Below are positions 50,536 to 59,524 of a stretch of 64,000 nt of DNA, in pieces. The DNA is taken from positions 6,953 to 70,952 of the forward strand of contig JACOYC010000009.1 in the NCBI GenBank assembly GCA_016182015.1, read 5' to 3'. The notes under the pieces were generated by a model, which ran no database searches, was not told the origin of the DNA, and saw only the letters and a program-made list of their open reading frames with translations. How positions within the stretch are numbered: position 1 is the first letter of the stretch; each line of letters begins with the position of its first letter. Position numbers and translations under genes: made by a program. Origin of the DNA: Nanobdellati archaeon. Its GTDB lineage: Archaea > Nanobdellota > Nanobdellia > UBA10117.

Positions 50536-51191
50536 TGGCGCCGATGCCAGCATCAATTAAAGTCGCAGTTGACGTCGATGGCGTTCTTGCTGATTTACAC
50601 CAAAGATTTTTGCATATGTTAAATAAAGATCATAAAACTGGATATATGCTTGAGGATATTGTTGACTGGAATGTGTGGGAAGTTCTCCCGCTATTTAAAG
50701 CGCACGGAGAAAAATGGGGCGTGTCTGCCGCGAAAAGTTTGTGCTGGCGATATTTTGATTTGGCTTGGCTTACTCCGCGCAAAATGCGGCCAGTCCGTGG
50801 TGCTGTTGAAACAATGCAGTATTTGCTGTCCAACAAGGATATTGAAGTACATATCGTTACCGCGAGGCAGCTTAAAACTGCCGGCAATATGATAGATTGG
50901 CTTGACTACGTTGGAATACATGCTCCGACAGTAACAATACTAGATGCACATACTCCGCATACAGATAAAGCCGAGCTCGGATTTCACACATATATTGATG
51001 ATTCGCCGAGGCTAGCAACCGCAATGGCAAATCATCCAGGGAGCACGCTGCTGTTGTTTGATGCGCCCTACAACCAAAAGGAATACTCGCCAAATGTTCG
51101 TCGCATGGGCAACTGGAGACAGCCGGAAACTCTCTGGCAAGCTGCGCGGGTACATCTCGATTCGCTGAGGCCTACGGCAGTAAATGAATAG
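50535..51191 (+). CDS. HAD-superfamily 5'(3')-deoxyribonucleotidase-like phosphatase
   Basis: 218 aa. HAD motif I is KVAVDVDGVLADL, with later IVTAR and YIDDSP motifs. Confidence 0.6.
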   Translation: MAPMPASIKVAVDVDGVLADLHQRFLHMLNKDHKTGYMLEDIVDWNVWEVLPLFKAHGEKWGVSAAKSLCWRYFDLAWLTPRKMRPVRGAVETMQYLLSNKDIEVHIVTARQLKTAGNMIDWLDYVGIHAPTVTILDAHTPHTDKAELGFHTYIDDSPRLATAMANHPGSTLLLFDAPYNQKEYSPNVRRMGNWRQPETLWQAARVHLDSLRPTAVNE

Positions 51192-51481
51192 ATTCGTGCG
51201 AAACACTTATAACTTAGATCATCTTTGCTAATTTGCGAATAACGCAAAACTGCTGTTTCACGGAATAGAAAATTGCCAGATTTTTCTATAAACCTTCTGC
51301 GAAGGTTTATAACCCAAACTTCGTTTGTGAATAACCATTACTACGTAATGCTTATAAACCCAAATACAGAGCTTCTGTTATAAAATAGAAACAATGCGTC
51401 GGCAGGCCATTCAGACCTGTACGAGCGCGCGTGTCTCTTTCTGAGACGCGCACCAAAACGCAACTTGTACTATTTAACAAA

Positions 51482-52732
51482 ATGAAACGATTCGAAGAAC
51501 TAAACATAAAACCCGAATTATTGAGGGCTATAAAAGAAATTGGTTTTGAAGAAACCACGGCAATACAAGAGCAGTCCATCCCGCTCATCAAAGCGGGCAA
51601 GGATGTTATTGGCCAGTCCGGAACAGGTTCCGGCAAGACCGCGGCCTTCGGGCTGCCGATGCTCGAGCTAGTCGAATCTGGGAAGGGCATACAAGCCTTA
51701 GTCCTTGTGCCAACGAGGGAGCTGGCGGAGCAGGTATCCAAAGAATTAATAAAATTCTCAAAATATACGCCGAAACACATACTCGCAGTTTACGGCGGCG
51801 TTGGAATCGAGCGCCAGATAAACGAGCTGAGGCGCGCAGAAATAGTTGTCGGCACTCCGGGCAGGATGCTCGACCACCTGGAAAGACGGACAATAGATTT
51901 AAGCAAAATAAAAATTCTAGTTTTGGACGAAGCAGACAAAATGTTTGAGATGGGATTTGTTGATGATGTCCGCGACATAATCAGGCAAACACCGCAATTC
52001 AGGCGAACGCTGCTTTTTAGCGCCACGATTTCTTCTGATGTTATAGATATTTCTGATAGATATATGAATGACCCGGAAGTGGTGCGCGTTGATGTTTATG
52101 TAGAAAAATCGCATTTAAAGCAAGGCTACTATAATGTGTCAACTCGCGATAAATTTTCTTTGCTCACGCACTTGATTAGAACGGAAAATCCGAAGCTAGC
52201 AATAATTTTCTGCGCAACGCGGCACAGAGTTGACATGGTTGCTAAAAACCTTGAGCGGCAGGGAATAAACGCTGAGCCAATACACGGCGGTCTGACGCAA
52301 GCAAGAAGAAATAAAATCATGGAAGAGTTCCACGCTGGAAAAATCCACGTGCTTGTCGCGTCAGATGTTGCCGCACGCGGCTTGGATATAAAGAATGTTA
52401 CACACATTATAAACTATGACATTCCAAAAACAGACAAGGAATATCTGCACAGAATCGGCAGGACTGCAAGAGCTGGAGAGATTGGAAAGGCAATCTCGCT
52501 GCTCTCTGAGCAGGACTATGACAACTTCCGCCACGTACAATCAAACAGAGATATTGACATTGAAAAGCTCGCTGCGCCGCAGTTCCAGAGATTACCGTTC
52601 GACTTCGGCAGCCGATCTGGATTTAGCGGCAGGCCATCTGGATTCCATGGCCATCGCGGATTAAGCCAGTTCAGCAGAAACCCACCGGCGCGGGGCCGTT
52701 TCGGGCGCAGGCCACAAAGCAGGGGATATTAA
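51482..52732 (+). CDS. DEAD-box ATP-dependent RNA helicase
   Basis: The ORF track starts at 51431, but the ATG at 51482 (MKRFEELNIKPELLRAIKEIGFEETTAIQ) fits the Q motif. GQSGTGSGKT, VLDEADKMF, SAT and HRIGRTARAG are present, followed by a C-terminal RG-rich tail. Confidence 0.9.
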   Translation: MKRFEELNIKPELLRAIKEIGFEETTAIQEQSIPLIKAGKDVIGQSGTGSGKTAAFGLPMLELVESGKGIQALVLVPTRELAEQVSKELIKFSKYTPKHILAVYGGVGIERQINELRRAEIVVGTPGRMLDHLERRTIDLSKIKILVLDEADKMFEMGFVDDVRDIIRQTPQFRRTLLFSATISSDVIDISDRYMNDPEVVRVDVYVEKSHLKQGYYNVSTRDKFSLLTHLIRTENPKLAIIFCATRHRVDMVAKNLERQGINAEPIHGGLTQARRNKIMEEFHAGKIHVLVASDVAARGLDIKNVTHIINYDIPKTDKEYLHRIGRTARAGEIGKAISLLSEQDYDNFRHVQSNRDIDIEKLAAPQFQRLPFDFGSRSGFSGRPSGFHGHRGLSQFSRNPPARGRFGRRPQSRGY

Positions 52733-52817
52733 ATTTTATTAGTAAATTACACTGCTTGCCGAAACGCTGTATTCGCAACGGCAATAGTAAGTTACGGATT
52801 GAAGCTATTTTAATACT

Positions 52818-52968
52818 GCTCTGTTGAAACCCAAGCGAAACGAGTTCCGCTTGGCCAACTTCGCGCAGCGAAGTCCGCAAACTTGTTTGCGTCATCTTGG
52901 ACGAAGCACTAATTTAAGCGAGCGTTCCGTCACATATGTTATGACAGACCCGAGACTTTCAACAGAGC
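52818..52968 (+). ncRNA. 151-nt structured intergenic element (unknown ncRNA or miniature repeat); strand uncertain
   Basis: A 12-bp closing helix pairs gctctgttgaaa (52818-52829) with tttcaacagagc (52957-52968). It encloses at least three hairpins (ccaagcg...cgcttgg, cttcgc-gca-gcgaag, gcaaac-tt-gtttgc) and is followed by cttttt. Confidence 0.3.
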
Positions 52969-53018
52969 CTTTTTAATACAATAACTTTTTTAACTTAAAT
53001 TTCTTAGTTATCTCGGCC

Positions 53019-53051
53019 ATGCTGAACTACGAAATAGCTAAGATTTTTTAT
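53019..53051 (+). repeat. duplicate of the first 33 nt of polX (left copy; right copy is 53099-53131)
   Basis: atgctgaactacgaaatagctaagattttttat compared with atgctgaatacagaaattgctaagattttttac. The left copy opens a 28-codon ORF, MLNYEIAKIFYYAAEARLPRKKSGECKC*. Confidence 0.7.
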
Positions 53052-53098
53052 TATGCAGCCGAAGCTCGGCTGCCACGTAAAAAATCTGGGGAGTGCAA

Positions 53099-54814
53099 AT
53101 GCTGAATACAGAAATTGCTAAGATTTTTTACGATGTAGCTGACATTTTCGAAATGCTTGGTGTTGCTTGGAAGCCTATTGCCTATAGAAAAGCTGCAAGA
53201 CAGCTGGAAAGTCTGAGCAAAGATGTCAAAGATATTTATGAAGATGGCGGCCTAGAATCCATTCAAGAAATACCGTCAATCGGTGAAGGGCTGGCCAAAA
53301 AAATCGTGCAGTACATAGAAACAGGAAAAATTTTGGAGTTTGAAAAGCTAAAAGCAAAGTTACCCAAAGGCCTGGCAAAACTTCTGGAAATAGAATCAAT
53401 CGGCCCAAAACGGGCAGCAATTTTGTACAGAAAACTGAAAATAAAATCAGTTGAAGATTTAAAAAATGCAATTGAAAAAAATAAAATCGTAAAACTTGCT
53501 GGCTTCGGCCAAAAATCCCAGCAAAACATCACTGCGGGCCTTGACATTTTTCAGAAAGGCAAGGAGCGCTTTTCACTTGGTGAAGTTATTCCAATTGCGA
53601 ACGAAATTATTTCTATTATAAAAAAAGTTCCGGGCGTCGAGCAGGCAATTCCTGCTGGCTCTGTCCGCAGATGGAAGGAAACAGTAGGTGATTTGGATAT
53701 TTTAGTAATATCAAAACACGCAGAACGGGTTATGGATATTTTTACAAAAATGCCGTCTGTAAAAAGAGTTTTGGCGAAAGGAAAAACAAAATCAACAGTA
53801 ATACTAAAAGATGGCCTGCAGGCAGATATCAGAGTCCTTGAAAAAAAATCATTTGGTGCAGCGCTGAATTACTTTACTGGAAATGTAGACCATAACGTTG
53901 CGCTGCGTAGAATCGCAATTGAAAAAGGCTACAAACTTTCTGAATATGGTTTGTTCAATAGAAAAACAAATAAATTTACTGCTGGGCGCACAGAGGAAGA
54001 GCTTTACAAAAAACTTGGCCTGTCTTATATCGAGCCAGAGATGCGTGAAAATCGTGGTGAGATAGCCGCCGCGATGGCAGGCAAGCTGCCAAAACTAATT
54101 AAATTAAATGACATTCGCGGCGATCTTCATACGCATACGCAACAAAGCGATGGTACAAACACAATTGAGCAGATGGCGCAGGCCGCACAAAATTTAGGCT
54201 ACGAATATGTGTGCGTTTCAGACCACTCAAAAACAACCGCAATAGCTCACGGTTTAGATATCGAACAAGTGAACAAACAAATTTTAGAAATAAAAAAATT
54301 GCAAAACAAATTCAAAATAAAAATTTTAACTGGCTCTGAGGTCGATATTCTTGGAAGTGGAGAATTAGACTTTCCGGATGATGTTCTGAAAAAATTAGAC
54401 ATAGTTATCGGTTCGGTGCACTCCGGCTTCAAAAGCCCGGGGGAAAAAATGACTGTGCGAATCGCGGCCGCGCTGCAAAACAAATACCTAACTATTCTTG
54501 GGCATCCTACTGGCCGGCTCGTCAACAAGCGCAATCCGTATGAAGTAGATTTGAAAAAAATCTTTGACGTCGCGGCGCAAAACAAAAAAATCGTGGAGAT
54601 TAGCGCACACCCGTCGCGGCTTGATTTAAAAGACGAACACATTCTGCTGGCAAGACAGTACGGCCTGAAATTTGCCATAAATTCCGATGCGCACTCGACC
54701 GAACAATTAAAACTCATGCAGTTTGGCGCCCATAATGCGAGGAGGGGCTGGCTCGAAGCGAATGATGTTATAAATACATACAAGTTTTCAGAACTAAAAA
54801 AATTCCTGCACTGA
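53099..54814 (+). CDS. polX: family X DNA polymerase with C-terminal PHP domain
   Basis: The track start at 53093 is a GTG; the ATG at 53099 gives MLNTEIAKIFYDVADIFEMLG. HhH motifs are present (GIGEGLAKKI, GIGPKRAA, GFGQKSQ), as is the NTase motif GSVRRWKETVGDLDILV. The PHP domain has GDLHTHTQQSDG and INSDAHS. Confidence 0.85.
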   Translation: MLNTEIAKIFYDVADIFEMLGVAWKPIAYRKAARQLESLSKDVKDIYEDGGLESIQEIPSIGEGLAKKIVQYIETGKILEFEKLKAKLPKGLAKLLEIESIGPKRAAILYRKLKIKSVEDLKNAIEKNKIVKLAGFGQKSQQNITAGLDIFQKGKERFSLGEVIPIANEIISIIKKVPGVEQAIPAGSVRRWKETVGDLDILVISKHAERVMDIFTKMPSVKRVLAKGKTKSTVILKDGLQADIRVLEKKSFGAALNYFTGNVDHNVALRRIAIEKGYKLSEYGLFNRKTNKFTAGRTEEELYKKLGLSYIEPEMRENRGEIAAAMAGKLPKLIKLNDIRGDLHTHTQQSDGTNTIEQMAQAAQNLGYEYVCVSDHSKTTAIAHGLDIEQVNKQILEIKKLQNKFKIKILTGSEVDILGSGELDFPDDVLKKLDIVIGSVHSGFKSPGEKMTVRIAAALQNKYLTILGHPTGRLVNKRNPYEVDLKKIFDVAAQNKKIVEISAHPSRLDLKDEHILLARQYGLKFAINSDAHSTEQLKLMQFGAHNARRGWLEANDVINTYKFSELKKFLH

Positions 54815-54850
54815 ACAAAGTTATTTAATACTTATCATTCAATTATTAGT

Positions 54851-56137
54851 ATGCGCCTCTCGGAAATTATAGGATATTATAAGAAAGTTGCGCCAGAAAT
54901 AGCGCGCATCTCAGCGGGCAGAGAAATTGCTGTCAAATTCGGGGCGGAAGCTGGGTATGGAAAACGGCCAGACATAGCGCAGTTTCCATCGGATATTTTG
55001 AACCACGTGAGGCGTGGCGCAACCTCTTTTCATATTTCAGAAGAAAGATGGAAAGACCCGCTCCAGCTTTCAACAGAATCAACAAAAACAGAATTAGACA
55101 ACCTGCGGAACGGCTGGGACTTGGTGTTCGATATTGACTGCCCGTGGGGATTTGAAATAGCTAAGTCAACTGCAAAACTAGTCGTGCAGGCATTACGCTG
55201 GCACGATATAAAAAATATCTTCGTAAAATTTTCCGGCTCAAAGGGTTTTCACATACTAGTACCTTACGAAGCGTTTCCAAAAGAGTTACATAAAGATGAA
55301 ATATCAAAATATTACCCCGAGATTCCACAGCTTTGCGCGCAGTATATTCTAGAATTCATCAAACCAAACCTGGAAAAGCAAATACTTGAATTGGCAAGCT
55401 ACGACATAAAAAAACTTATTGAAATTTTTGGTACAACAAAAGAAAAAATTTTCGATGAAAAAACGCAATCATTCCACACAAACATATTTGCGCAAATAGA
55501 TATTGGATTGATGTCATCGCGGCATTTGTTCCGCGCACCATACTCCCTAAACGAAAAGAGCTGGCTGGCCGCAGTACCAGTGCAGCCTGACAAAATAAAG
55601 GACTTTGAAAAAGATTTCGCTAAGCCGGAGAGCATAAATTTGGAGGAAGGCTTTATGAATTTCGAAGGCGTGCGGACTGGTGAAGCGTCCCAGCTTCTTA
55701 TGCAGACCCTCGACTGGCAGAAGCGGATGGAGGAAAAAGATGAAAAGAAATATTCTGGCAGGAAATTTGAATTTTCTGACAAAGTTCCCGAAGAAGCATT
55801 CCCGCCCTGCATGAAAATAATACTGAGCGGCCTGCAAGACGGCAGAAAACGCTCTCTTTTCGCACTACTAAATTTCATGAAATCAGCAAAATGGCCATGG
55901 AACGAGATAGAAGAACGAGTTTGGGAGTGGAATAAAAAAAATTCGCCCCCTTTGAAGACCGGTTATGTGAAGGCACAACTAGCATGGCATGCCCGCCAGT
56001 CTTTGAAAGTTCCGCCGCCCAACTGCAGACAATATTTCATAGAGCTCGGCGTATGCAAACCAGATGCAATCTGCGATAAAATTAAAAATCCCATAAGTTA
56101 TCCTAAATTCAAAATTGGCGGGATGACTAGCAAATAA
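54851..56137 (+). CDS. archaeo-eukaryotic DNA primase, PriS catalytic domain fused to a PriL-CTD-like Fe-S module
   Basis: 428 aa. The AEP motifs are WDLVFDIDCP (DxD) and FSGSKGFHILVPY. The C-terminal ~110 aa read EEAFPPCMKIILSGLQDGRKRSLFALLNFMK...PPPNCRQYFIELGVCKPDAICDK, with four Cys and a PriL FPPCM signature. Confidence 0.75.
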   Translation: MRLSEIIGYYKKVAPEIARISAGREIAVKFGAEAGYGKRPDIAQFPSDILNHVRRGATSFHISEERWKDPLQLSTESTKTELDNLRNGWDLVFDIDCPWGFEIAKSTAKLVVQALRWHDIKNIFVKFSGSKGFHILVPYEAFPKELHKDEISKYYPEIPQLCAQYILEFIKPNLEKQILELASYDIKKLIEIFGTTKEKIFDEKTQSFHTNIFAQIDIGLMSSRHLFRAPYSLNEKSWLAAVPVQPDKIKDFEKDFAKPESINLEEGFMNFEGVRTGEASQLLMQTLDWQKRMEEKDEKKYSGRKFEFSDKVPEEAFPPCMKIILSGLQDGRKRSLFALLNFMKSAKWPWNEIEERVWEWNKKNSPPLKTGYVKAQLAWHARQSLKVPPPNCRQYFIELGVCKPDAICDKIKNPISYPKFKIGGMTSK

Positions 56138-56203
56138 CTGTTTTCTGGCCAACCAAAATTCTTTTTAAACTAACTATAGCAAAAGAACCGGAGGGCTCGT
56201 GAT

Positions 56204-56926
56204 ATGACTGAATTTACTTTTGATGACATAGCTGAACTTGCCAGAATAGAAAAATATTCGACAGATCTGCAGCAAATCAAACCCGAAGATATGCAAAAAA
56301 TCCGTGAGTATTTTGAAGCTAAAAAAGCTATGCTTGCAAAACAGACAAAAAATTCTGAGTTTTACGACAAAGCCAAAAAGGAAAAGCTGAAGTTCGAAAT
56401 AGAAAATGCTCGCCGCGCGCTTAAAGATTTTTATGAACGGCGCGAAAAAAAAATTATAAGCCGCGCGCAGTTCGCGGCAAGGACAAACTTTAAACTTAAG
56501 GATACGACAAATATGCGTCCCGCAGAAGAAAAATTTTACAGCACAATACTGGCTGGCCTAGAAGTATTTGAAAAAGAGTTTTATGCCCAGTTTACAAAAA
56601 AGATCGGAGATGCAATACCCGCCTCAGATCCGCAAACTGCACCGGCACTCGCCACCGCTGATACGCAGCTAATTCTCAGAGTAATAAAATTTCTTGATAA
56701 CATACCTGAGCTTGTCGGGCCAGATCTCAAAACGTATGGGCCGTTTGCTGCGGAGCAAACAGCTTCTGTTCCGGAAGAAATCGCAGTTTTGCTGGTGAAA
56801 CAAGGAAAAGCGGTTGAAGCAGGCCAGCCAGCCGCGCCGCAAATAGCACAAACAGAAGTTGTTGCCAAAGTTGAAAATCATAATGAGCCTGCCCAAGCAT
56901 CCGAAACTCAAAAGCAAACATTTTAA
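56204..56926 (+). CDS. GINS-like (Gins51-type) replication factor
   Basis: 240 aa. The A-domain-like region reads DDIAELARIEKYSTDLQQIKPEDMQKIREYFEAKK...ENARRALKDFYERREKKIISRAQ. The B-domain-like region reads LRVIKFLDNIPELVGPDLKTYGPFAAEQTASVPEEIAVLLVKQGKAVEA. It lies directly downstream of the primase. Confidence 0.55.
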   Translation: MTEFTFDDIAELARIEKYSTDLQQIKPEDMQKIREYFEAKKAMLAKQTKNSEFYDKAKKEKLKFEIENARRALKDFYERREKKIISRAQFAARTNFKLKDTTNMRPAEEKFYSTILAGLEVFEKEFYAQFTKKIGDAIPASDPQTAPALATADTQLILRVIKFLDNIPELVGPDLKTYGPFAAEQTASVPEEIAVLLVKQGKAVEAGQPAAPQIAQTEVVAKVENHNEPAQASETQKQTF

Positions 56927-56949
56927 AACCCGCATCAGCGCCTAATTTT

Positions 56950-57240
56950 ATGAAAGTTCCAAAATTAACGAAAAGATACTGCCCATTCTGCAAGAAGCAC
57001 ACAGAGCAGGCCGTATCGCTTTTTAGAACAAAGGCCAGGCCGGCTACAAAGAAAACCGCCCTAAAGGCTGGCGTACGAAGGGTTGCATATACATTTGCGG
57101 GCTACCGCGGAACATCAAGAAGGACCGTGACACCAGTTAAAACAACCAAAAAAGCTGCCCTGAAATTCGAATGTAAAATATGCAAAAAAAATTACTTCCT
57201 ACGAAATCCGATAAGAATAAAAAAAGTGGAGTTTGTATAA
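56950..57240 (+). CDS. rpl44e: 50S ribosomal protein L44e (eL42)
   Basis: 96 aa. MKVPKLTKRYCPFCKKHTEQAV...KFECKICKKNYF carries the zinc-ribbon Cys pairs. Confidence 0.9.
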   Translation: MKVPKLTKRYCPFCKKHTEQAVSLFRTKARPATKKTALKAGVRRVAYTFAGYRGTSRRTVTPVKTTKKAALKFECKICKKNYFLRNPIRIKKVEFV

Positions 57241-57417
57241 ATGGCGCAAACAAGATCAAGATTTGTAAAAGTACGATGTGAAAAGTGCAAGAATGAGCAA
57301 ATAATATTCTCAAACGCTTCGACAAAAATCGCTTGCCTTGTGTGCAAGGAAATTCTTGCTGAGCCAGCCGGCGGAAAAGCAAAGATTAAGGCCGGCATTC
57401 TTGAAATTTTATCTTAA
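57241..57417 (+). CDS. rps27e: 30S ribosomal protein S27e (eS27)
   Basis: Below the ORF-track size cutoff. Manual translation gives MAQTRSRFVKVRCEKCKNEQIIFSNASTKIACLVCKEILAEPAGGKAKIKAGILEILS* (58 aa, CxxC...CxxC). It starts immediately after the L44e stop. Confidence 0.85.
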   Translation: MAQTRSRFVKVRCEKCKNEQIIFSNASTKIACLVCKEILAEPAGGKAKIKAGILEILS

Positions 57418-57549
57418 CGACAGCTGTGAACTTCTAATACACATTTCAGAAAGCAAAGTGTTTTAAACTTACTTGTTCGGTATCGTGCATGTACAAAAAA
57501 CAGGGCAAAAGCAAACGCGGTTTGCTAGTGTCTTGTTTTGAGGTGATGC

Positions 57550-58338
57550 ATGTATAAGAAACAAGGCCTGCCTGAGAAGAACGATTTAGTAATCTGCACA
57601 ATAAAAGAAGCCACGCCAAGCTCTGTTTTTGCAACATTGGACGAATACGAAAAAGTTGAAGGAATGATTCATGTCTCTGAAATAACGCGGAAGTGGGTGC
57701 GCGGCATGAAAACGTACCTAAAGGGAGGCATGAAACTTGTTTGCCAAGTTATGGCTGTTGACCTGCTGAAAAACTTTGTTAATCTTTCCTCGCGCAGGGT
57801 CGGCCCTGGTCAGCAGAGAAACAAAATGCAGGAATGGAATAACGAAAAAAAAGCGAATGATATGCTCGAGGTCTTCGCAAAACAGACTGGTTCAACACCA
57901 AAAGGCATTTACGAAAAAATTGGAAATAAAATACTTACAAAACACCGCCTAATTTATCCATTTTTGCAGGAAGTTGCAAAATATGGTGAAGCAAAATTAC
58001 TTGACATAGGTGCTGATAAACTACAGGCCCATGATTTTGCGGAATTCATACAAAAAAGAATAACTATGCCAAAAGCTGAGATTAATGCAGACATATCTAT
58101 GCAGTCCAGCTCGCCGGACGGCATAAATATAATAAAAAAAGTTATAGCTGAGGCGCAGGAAATAGCAAAAACAAAAAAATCAAAAATCGAAATAAAATAT
58201 CTCGGGGCGCCGCGATACAAATTTAAGCTTATTACTAACGATTTCAAGCTGGCAGAGGAAGCTTTTAAAGCTATAACTGAACAATTAGAAAAGTCTTTGA
58301 ACAAAAACGAAGGCATATTTGAAATAAAACGGGAATAA
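57550..58338 (+). CDS. translation initiation factor aIF2 alpha subunit
   Basis: 262 aa. The N-terminal S1 domain reads LPEKNDLVICTIKEATPSSVFATLDEYEKVEGMIHVSEITRKWV, followed by helical and alpha-beta domains. Confidence 0.85.
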   Translation: MYKKQGLPEKNDLVICTIKEATPSSVFATLDEYEKVEGMIHVSEITRKWVRGMKTYLKGGMKLVCQVMAVDLLKNFVNLSSRRVGPGQQRNKMQEWNNEKKANDMLEVFAKQTGSTPKGIYEKIGNKILTKHRLIYPFLQEVAKYGEAKLLDIGADKLQAHDFAEFIQKRITMPKAEINADISMQSSSPDGINIIKKVIAEAQEIAKTKKSKIEIKYLGAPRYKFKLITNDFKLAEEAFKAITEQLEKSLNKNEGIFEIKRE

Positions 58339-58340
58339 AA

Positions 58341-59141
58341 ATGACGAAATTCATAGTCCAGAAAAATTTTAAGAATCTGCCCAAGCTGCGCAGTCCTGTT
58401 CTCATAGAAGGCCTGCCAGGCATGGGCCAGGTCGCAAAAATAGCGGTGGATTTTTTAATAGACTCACTAAAACCAACGCTTTTGTATAAAATACACAGCT
58501 ACGATTTTTGGCACTCTGTTTATTTTAACGAAAACGGGCTGCTTGAGTTGCCAGCTGCCTGCATCTATTATAAAAAGGGCAAAAAGCAAGACATACTACT
58601 TCTGGCCGGCGATGACCAGCCAAACACGCCCCGTGCTTCATATGAGTTCGCCGAAAAAATTATTGACTTTGTAGATGAGCTGGGCTGCAAGGAAGTCATA
58701 ACGCTTGGCGGGCTTGGCCTGCCATCTGAGGTAAAAAAACCGAAAATTTTCGGAGCGGTGACATCAAAAGAAATCATGAAAAAATACTCAAAGCTTGGTG
58801 GCGTGAGCTTCAAACTAAATAATAAAATAGAAGCAATAGTTGGCGCATCTGGCCTGCTGCTTGGTCTAGCGCAGCTGCGCGGCATAAAGGGAATTGCACT
58901 GCTTGCCGAAACATACGGCCACCCGACACACCTCGGATTTGTGGAGGCAAAGGAACTGCTTGGCCAGCTGCAAAAAATCCTTGGCATCAGCCTGAATCTG
59001 AAAGAGCTTGACAAAGAGTCCGAAGAGTATAAAAAAGAACAGGCAATAATTGATGATGGCCAAGAACAAGACGTCGGCAGGCTGCAGAAACTAAAGACCC
59101 AGTTTCATGATACTAAACCGGATGCGAGATACATTGGCTAG
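58341..59141 (+). CDS. PAC2-family proteasome assembly chaperone-like protein
   Basis: 266 aa. PVLIEGLPGMGQVAKIAVDFLIDSL is typical of the PAC2/COG1938 family. There is a 2-nt gap after the aIF2-alpha gene. Confidence 0.65.
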   Translation: MTKFIVQKNFKNLPKLRSPVLIEGLPGMGQVAKIAVDFLIDSLKPTLLYKIHSYDFWHSVYFNENGLLELPAACIYYKKGKKQDILLLAGDDQPNTPRASYEFAEKIIDFVDELGCKEVITLGGLGLPSEVKKPKIFGAVTSKEIMKKYSKLGGVSFKLNNKIEAIVGASGLLLGLAQLRGIKGIALLAETYGHPTHLGFVEAKELLGQLQKILGISLNLKELDKESEEYKKEQAIIDDGQEQDVGRLQKLKTQFHDTKPDARYIG

Positions 59142-59146
59142 AAATA

Positions 59147-59473
59147 TTAAAACGCGAGCGACATTTTGACTAATTTTGTTAAGTCACTTGCTATTTTTTT
59201 TCCTCTGTGTGTTAGAGCAAATCTCCCATCGGCCAGCTCTGCAACTAGCCCCGATGCGGACAGCCTAACAGCTACGCCGGCAGTGGGTGGCAGCGTGCTC
59301 TCACCGCGAAGATGAGTTAAGATATTTTTTATGGCTAATACCTCGCGCCCCGTGTACCTAGCAATATCTTGCGGCGCAAGTGATTCATCGCGCACATCGC
59401 GTAATGTAGTAAGAACTTCATAAGCTAGCTGATTAACTAAGATACTATGGTCGTAAGTTAAACCACTTGGCAT
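59147..59473 (-). CDS. small winged-helix DNA-binding protein
   Basis: 108 aa. LAPQDIARYTGREVLAIKNILTHLRGE...SGLVAELADGRFALTHRG has a wHTH pattern. Confidence 0.4.
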   Translation of the reverse strand: MPSGLTYDHSILVNQLAYEVLTTLRDVRDESLAPQDIARYTGREVLAIKNILTHLRGESTLPPTAGVAVRLSASGLVAELADGRFALTHRGKKIASDLTKLVKMSLAF

Positions 59474-59524
59474 AATTGTGCTGATGGATCACAATATATA
59501 AGCTTTGTTGTTCTGCAAGAAATA

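Noticed and set aside
51352-51780. The 142-aa minus-strand ORF overlapping the DEAD-box helicase 5' region.
   Set aside because: It is antisense to a well-supported helicase gene (Q motif and Walker A lie in this span) and has no recognisable motif.
52818-52968. Possible minimal RNase P RNA, because of a GAAGUCCG string resembling the CR-I AGUCC core.
   Set aside because: The partner strand needed for a P4 helix and the other conserved regions (CR-IV/CR-V-like ACAGAA..., UAAG) are not present by eye. It is kept only as an unknown structured element.
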